Below, one piece after another: positions 59,094 to 64,000 of a stretch of DNA of 64,000 nt. How positions within the stretch are numbered: position 1 is the stretch's first letter; each line of letters begins with the position of its first letter. Below the pieces are notes generated by a model that was given only the letters and a program-made list of their open reading frames with translations, did not search any database and was not told the origin of the DNA. The stretch comes from Candidatus Culexmicrobium cathedralense (GTDB lineage: Archaea; Thermoproteota; Methanomethylicia; Culexarchaeales; Culexmicrobiaceae), in contig JANZKC010000002.1 in NCBI GenBank assembly GCA_025061115.1, positions 192,001-256,000 on the forward strand. The letters run 5' to 3'. Made by a program: the position numbers and the translations under genes.

Positions 59094-60506
59094 ATGGTGC
59101 GCGCACTAGATGTAATTGAACCATTAATTAAAGTACTTCCAGAAGTTTCAAGGCCTAAAAGAAAGCTTGCCCTAAGAGAGAGGTTTATTTGGACTGCAAT
59201 AGTACTCACCATATACTTGATAATGAGTGAAATACCACTCTACGGAATCGTTAGAGGGGTAGGGTACGACCCATTCCTTTACATGAGAATGTTGTTTGCA
59301 TCCAAGCGAGGAACACTGATGGAGCTCGGAATAGGCCCAATAGTCACCGCAGGATTAATCATGCAACTGCTAGTAGGATCAAAAATATTAGATCTAGATT
59401 TCACGAACCCCGAAGATAGAGCTTTATTTACAGGGGCACAAAAATTAATGGCTGTTTTATGGGCTGGAATACAGGCATTCGCATACATTTTCGGCGGATA
59501 TTTCGGCTCACTTCCAATAGACGCTGCCATTCTAGTATTCGTACAGCTCGTAGCAGCTTCAATCATAGTAATGCTTTTAGACGAAATGGTGCAAAAAGGC
59601 TGGGGAATTGGAAGCGGCGTAAGCCTATTCATAGCAGCAGGAGTAGCTCAGCAAATAGCATGGCACACATTCTCCCCGCTATACGCAAGAGATGGAAAAT
59701 ACCTTGGAGCAGTTCTAGCATTCATACAAACCATAGTAAATGGAGAAAACATTTGGAATGCATTCGTAAGGCCCGGAGCCCTTCCAAGCATGGCTGGGCT
59801 ACTAACAACCATTGCAATATTCATCATAGTAATATACCTCGAAGGAGTAAGAATAGAGGTCCCAGTAGCACTCCCAAGATACAGAGGGCTAAGGACAAAA
59901 ATACCCTTAAAATTCCTATACGTATCAAACATTCCAATAATATTCACTTCAATGCTATTCGTAGACTTCAAAATAATATCACTCCTAATTTGGAGGCAAT
60001 TCAACCCAGATAACTCAAACGCGCTTCTCAACTGGCTTGGAATGTTCAACGCCACCGACAATAGCCCAATAGGAGGCTTGGCCTACTACGTAACTCCACC
60101 AACTGGACTTCAATCAGTAATGCAAGACCCACTCCACCCACTCATATACGCCATCCTACTGATAATCAGCGCAGTTATCTTCGCAGTTATATGGGTTGAA
60201 ACTTCAGGATTAAACCCAACAGATCAAGCACAGCAACTAGTACAAGCAGGACTTCAAATACCAGGCTTTAGAAGCTCACCCAAAATTATCGAGAGACTCC
60301 TCCGCAAATACATTCCAACACTTACAGTTCTCAGCGGCATCATAGTTGCTCTAATAGCAGCCATCGCAGACATCATAGGTGCAATAGGTTCAGGAATGGG
60401 AGTCCTACTAACGGTGGGAATACTCTATCAGTACTGGAGCATTCTAACTCAAGAGCAAATAGAAGAACTATATCCAGTAGTGAGAAGAATAATGGGAGAA
60501 AAGTAG
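59094..60506 (+). CDS. secY: Preprotein translocase SecY
   Basis: GTLMELGIGPIVTAG, GWGIGSG, LYVSNIP, GLQIPGFR. Confidence 0.97.
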   Translation: MVRALDVIEPLIKVLPEVSRPKRKLALRERFIWTAIVLTIYLIMSEIPLYGIVRGVGYDPFLYMRMLFASKRGTLMELGIGPIVTAGLIMQLLVGSKILDLDFTNPEDRALFTGAQKLMAVLWAGIQAFAYIFGGYFGSLPIDAAILVFVQLVAASIIVMLLDEMVQKGWGIGSGVSLFIAAGVAQQIAWHTFSPLYARDGKYLGAVLAFIQTIVNGENIWNAFVRPGALPSMAGLLTTIAIFIIVIYLEGVRIEVPVALPRYRGLRTKIPLKFLYVSNIPIIFTSMLFVDFKIISLLIWRQFNPDNSNALLNWLGMFNATDNSPIGGLAYYVTPPTGLQSVMQDPLHPLIYAILLIISAVIFAVIWVETSGLNPTDQAQQLVQAGLQIPGFRSSPKIIERLLRKYIPTLTVLSGIIVALIAAIADIIGAIGSGMGVLLTVGILYQYWSILTQEQIEELYPVVRRIMGEK

Positions 60507-60573
60507 CAATATTTTTAACTACAACAATAATAACTCAAACAGCTACTATAAACTAGGAGCGAGCGGGGCTGAA

Positions 60574-61071
60574 ATGCTAGATTGGCTCGTAAAACTGATA
60601 TCAGACCTATTAGGTCCATACAAGTACCCTCCACTATCCACAATATCAGTTTTAGCCATAAGCCTAGGAGTTGGTCTTACAACCGTCCTTGCAAATCACC
60701 TCCTCCTCGACATCAAAAAGCTGAGGAGCTACTCGCAGGAAATAAACGAGTGGAGAAGAGAAATGAGAAAAGCGCTAATGAGTGGAGATAGAAAGCTAAT
60801 GGTTAAACTTAAGAAGAAGGAGCCCTACATAAGGAAAATCGAAGCTGAAGTCATGGCTGAAAGAATGAAGCCATCACTCATATTCATGCTCCCACTCTGG
60901 ATATTCTTCATAATTTTCGCTGGAGCATTTACAACTGAAATTGGCTATGTAGCTCAACTCCCATTCACCCTGCCATTTGCAGGGGACAAAGCTAATTTCG
61001 TAACATGGTACATCATATGCTCACTCTTAACCCTTCCACTCCTCCAAAAGGCATTTAAGTTATCATTCTAA
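60574..61071 (+). CDS. DUF106/EMC3-TMCO1 (Oxa1 superfamily) membrane protein
   Basis: TM, coiled coil, MKP, LPF and WY pattern; canonical position after secY. Confidence 0.85.
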   Translation: MLDWLVKLISDLLGPYKYPPLSTISVLAISLGVGLTTVLANHLLLDIKKLRSYSQEINEWRREMRKALMSGDRKLMVKLKKKEPYIRKIEAEVMAERMKPSLIFMLPLWIFFIIFAGAFTTEIGYVAQLPFTLPFAGDKANFVTWYIICSLLTLPLLQKAFKLSF

Positions 61072-61081
61072 GGTGAGAAAA

Positions 61082-61357
61082 ATGCCTAGAGGAACCTACA
61101 GGTCGAGAAGCTATAGAAGGAGATATGTAAGAACACCTGGAGGAAGAGGGGTAATCCACTACTTTAAGAGAAGGCCAAATCCAGCTAAATGCGCAATATG
61201 CAAAAGAGAGCTTCACGGAGTTCCGAGATTAAGGCCATCAAAGCTAAGAAAACTGCCAAAAAGCTCTAGGAGGCCAAACAGACCATATGGAGGAAACCTT
61301 TGCCCAGCATGCCTAGAAAGACTACTTAAAATAACAGTCAGGGAGGCAGAAACATAG
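61082..61357 (+). CDS. rpl34e: 50S ribosomal protein L34e
   Basis: RTPGG, CAIC, RPYGG..CPAC. Confidence 0.96.
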   Translation: MPRGTYRSRSYRRRYVRTPGGRGVIHYFKRRPNPAKCAICKRELHGVPRLRPSKLRKLPKSSRRPNRPYGGNLCPACLERLLKITVREAET

Positions 61358-61921
61358 TTGGCAAATAACCTAGTAATAACGGTTAGCGGCCCCCCAGGCT
61401 CAGGAAAAACTAGGCACGCCAAAAGAATAGCCGAAATCTTCGGGTTAAGGTACTTCTCAATTGGAAAATACTTCAGAGAGCTAGCATTAAAACAAGGAAT
61501 AACGCTGGAAAAATTCCACTTAAAGGCAGAAAGGAACAGCCAATACGACTTTGAAGTTGATAAAAGAGCCATCATAGAAGCTAAAAAGGGAAACGTTGTT
61601 CTAGATGGACATCTAACAGGTTGGATAGCAAAAAAGTACGCCGATATAAAAATATACTTAACAGCCCCACTGCGAATCAGAGCAAAAAGAATAGCAAAAA
61701 GAGATGGAAAAACACTCGAAGAAGCATTAGAGGAAATAAAAGTCAGAGAAGAAAGCAATAAGAAGAGGTATATGAAGTTTTATGGAATAGACCTCAACGA
61801 CCTAAGCATATACGACATAGTAATAAACACTGAAAAGTGGAGCGAACAAGAAGTCGAAGAAGTACTGGTAAAGCTCATCAAAAGCTACATTGAAAGGAAG
61901 AAACAGCGAAACTCTTTTTAA
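61358..61921 (+). CDS. cmk: Cytidylate kinase (archaeal)
   Basis: ITVSGPPGSGKT, YGIDLNDLSIYD; canonical position. Confidence 0.92.
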   Translation: MANNLVITVSGPPGSGKTRHAKRIAEIFGLRYFSIGKYFRELALKQGITLEKFHLKAERNSQYDFEVDKRAIIEAKKGNVVLDGHLTGWIAKKYADIKIYLTAPLRIRAKRIAKRDGKTLEEALEEIKVREESNKKRYMKFYGIDLNDLSIYDIVINTEKWSEQEVEEVLVKLIKSYIERKKQRNSF

Positions 61922-61964
61922 TTTCAATGAAACTTAGATTAGCAGCCCAAGAGAGGCGGAGAAT

Positions 61965-62249
61965 ATGGCTGCCATCGAAATCGGAAGAATATGCGTAAAA
62001 ATTAGAGGAAGAGAAGCAGGAAGAAAATGCGTCATCGTAGATTTAATCGACGATAAATTCGTACTAATAACAGGACCAAAAGACGTAAGCGGAGTTAAAA
62101 GAAGAAGAGCAAATATTAAGCACATAGAGCCAACGAAAGACAAAATAGAAATAAAGCCAGGAGCAAGCGATGAAGAAGTTAAAAAAGCACTCCAAGAAGC
62201 AGGCCTAATAGACAAAATGAGAGAAGTAGTAAAGATAGAAATAAGCTAA
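61965..62249 (+). CDS. rpl14e: 50S ribosomal protein L14e
   Basis: [22 protein letters not shown]. Confidence 0.96.
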   Translation: MAAIEIGRICVKIRGREAGRKCVIVDLIDDKFVLITGPKDVSGVKRRRANIKHIEPTKDKIEIKPGASDEEVKKALQEAGLIDKMREVVKIEIS

Positions 62250-62293
62250 AGTTCTATAAACCCGAAATCACCTAAAATTATGGAGGAATAATA

Positions 62294-63312
62294 TTGACAT
62301 ATAAGAGGATATTGCCAGCAGATATTAAAAGAGAAGTGCTAGTAAAAGCTGAAGAACCAACAAATCCAAACTACGGATGCAAGCCAAACGAAAGGCCAAT
62401 AAAGAAGCACATAGAGCTAGGAGTAATAAATCTAGACAAGCCGCCTGGACCAACAAGCCACGAAGTAGTAGCATGGGTCAAAAGAATACTACAAGTAAAC
62501 AAAGCAGGACACGGCGGAACCCTAGAGCCCTAAAAGGGCGGGGAAATCCGAAAGTAACAGGTATTTTGCCTGTTGCACTTGAAAAAGCCACAAAAGCACT
62601 CAGAGGAATAGTGCACGCCGGCAAGGAGTACATTTGCGTAATGCGCCTCCACTCATCAGTAAGCGAAGAAAAACTAAGAAAAGTATGCGCAGAATTCGAA
62701 GGACCAATATATCAGCGCCCACCCCTCAAATCATCAGTAAAAAGAGTAGTCAGAATTAGAACAATCTATTACATAGACATACTCGAAATATCAGGCAGAG
62801 ACGTACTAATGAGAATCGGCTGCCAAGCAGGAACCTACATAAGAAAACTATGCCACGACATTGGAGAAGTACTAGGCGTAGGAGCACACATGCAAGAACT
62901 AAGAAGAACAAGATCAGGACCATTCAAAGAAGATGAAACCCTAGTAACCCTACACGACCTAAAAGATGCATACGACATATGGAAGGAAGAGAAAGACGAA
63001 ACGCAGCTGAGAAAAGTCATACTACCAGTAGAAGCAGCAGTTGCACACCTACCAAAAATAGTGATTAGAGACAGTGCAGTAGACGCAATATGCCATGGAG
63101 CAGATCTAGCAGCTCCAGGAGTACTCAGACTAGAAACCGGAATAAAGCGAAACACCCTAATAGCAATGATGACCCAAAAAGGAGAACTCGTAGCATTAGG
63201 CCAAGCAAAAATGACAAGCCAAGAAATACTTGAAGCAGAAAAAGGCATTGTAGCCAAAACTGTAAGAGTAATCATGGATAGAGGAACCTACCCAAAAATG
63301 TGGAGCAGCTAA
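62294..63312 (+). CDS. cbf5: H/ACA pseudouridine synthase Cbf5, join(62294..62525,62546..63312)
   Basis: [11 protein letters not shown]; removing the 20-nt intron restores GHGGTLDPKVTG; GTYIR; C-terminal PUA domain. Confidence 0.95.
62526..62545 (+). other. 20-nt bulge-helix-bulge mRNA intron in cbf5
   Basis: CCCT/GGGG central helix, AGA and AAA bulges, GCCCT/AGGGC intron hairpin. Confidence 0.92.
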
Positions 63313-63361
63313 GCAACGACAAGACAAATTAAAATACTTAAACTCATCCATTTGAATTAGA

Positions 63362-63465
63362 GCCGGGGTAGCCTAGCCAGGATCAAGGCGCAGGCCTGGA
63401 GAAAGACTCCCGTAAGCCTGTGCCCCACACGGGGCTCGCGGGTTCAAATCCCGCCCCCGGCGCCA
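63362..63465 (+). tRNA. tRNA-Ser(GGA) with 13-nt intron at 37/38 (63402-63414)
   Basis: GCCGGGG acceptor, CAGGC-CT-GGA-G[AAAGACTCCCGTA]A-GCCTG, long variable arm, CCA. Confidence 0.92.
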
Positions 63466-63633
63466 CCACAACATTACAAACCAATCGGAAGGGCAAAACT
63501 GCATTTAAACCACATACCTCAACTTCAATTAACAAACTCCGAACAATACGCTCCTAACAGCAAACACAAAATTATATAATTATAACCGCAAATTTATTCC
63601 AAAAACATGAAATAAAGGGTACTAAAATTTTAT

Positions 63634-63804
63634 CTAAAATAATATGCCATGCAACTTGCTCTTAAAGTACATTGATATGGCACTCATGTGCCCCGAAGTT
63701 CCTAAACCACATAAAACGCGGGTTGGCTTTAAACTTACTGACATTAACTGCTCGTCTATCTCCTTAGCCGTGTATTTTATGTGAACCTTGAAATTGGCAT
63801 CATT
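63634..63804 (-). pseudogene. Internal fragment of a PLP-dependent cysteine synthase-like gene
   Basis: Manual translation NDANFKVHIKYTAKEIDEQL...CGLGTSGHMSAISMYFKSK, bounded by stops. Confidence 0.7.
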
Positions 63805-63871
63805 CTACATATATAACACTGAAGAGAAAATCGACATGCTATGAAAAAACCTAGAGAACATAATTAATGCA

Positions 63872-64000
63872 TTAACTTAACAGGAGCCTCTCATGGCAGC
63901 TGTAGACATTAAATCTACGACCCCTAACAAAACCAACCAACGTTAAATTAGCTTTTCTTGCTAGATTCACTCCAGCGTCGCTCGGCGCAGAAATAGAAAC
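63872..64000 (-). CDS. fdhD: Formate dehydrogenase accessory sulfurtransferase FdhD, C-terminal part
   Basis: VSISAPSDAGVNLARKANLTLVGFVRGRRFNVYSCHERL. Confidence 0.8.
   Translation of the reverse strand, partial: VSISAPSDAGVNLARKANLTLVGFVRGRRFNVYSCHERLLLS

Noticed and set aside
62377-62545. N-terminal 56 aa of the 311-aa ORF, and the idea of a cbf5 frameshift or pseudogene
   Set aside because: Explained by the 20-nt BHB intron; the real N-terminus comes from the 62294 frame

Overview
Archaeal chromosomal window, most likely a histone-bearing TACK/Thermoproteota lineage. This is inferred from PolB1, an HMf-type histone, L13e, a TackOD1-like protein, an intron-split cbf5 and BHB-type tRNA introns. 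From left to right it holds: a type IV pilus operon (1-4.5 kb); small genes and candidate C/D box sRNAs; polB1; tRNA-Arg(CCG) followed by a decayed AT-rich island with two integrase remnants, a secreted protein, an RHH regulator and a HEPN gene (12.6-17.1 kb); argS; an AT-rich SipW/TasA-like secreted-fibre locus with three pilin-like subunits, a membrane-fused Ser-His signal peptidase, a DUF5305-like protein and two wHTH regulators with paired CCAWWTGG sites (20.2-26.0 kb), abutting an intron-containing tRNA-Arg(GCG); housekeeping and metabolic genes (htpX, tpiA, fbp, ABCE1, iorAB, acdA, larBC, ilvA/ridA); and the L22-to-cbf5 ribosomal superoperon. That operon has rps19 displaced, Hsp20 inserted and no adk. 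It is followed by tRNA-Ser(GGA), a cysteine-synthase fragment and the end of fdhD. The best candidate for a novel system is the SipW/TasA-like locus. All calls come from motif recognition by eye; no database searches were run.
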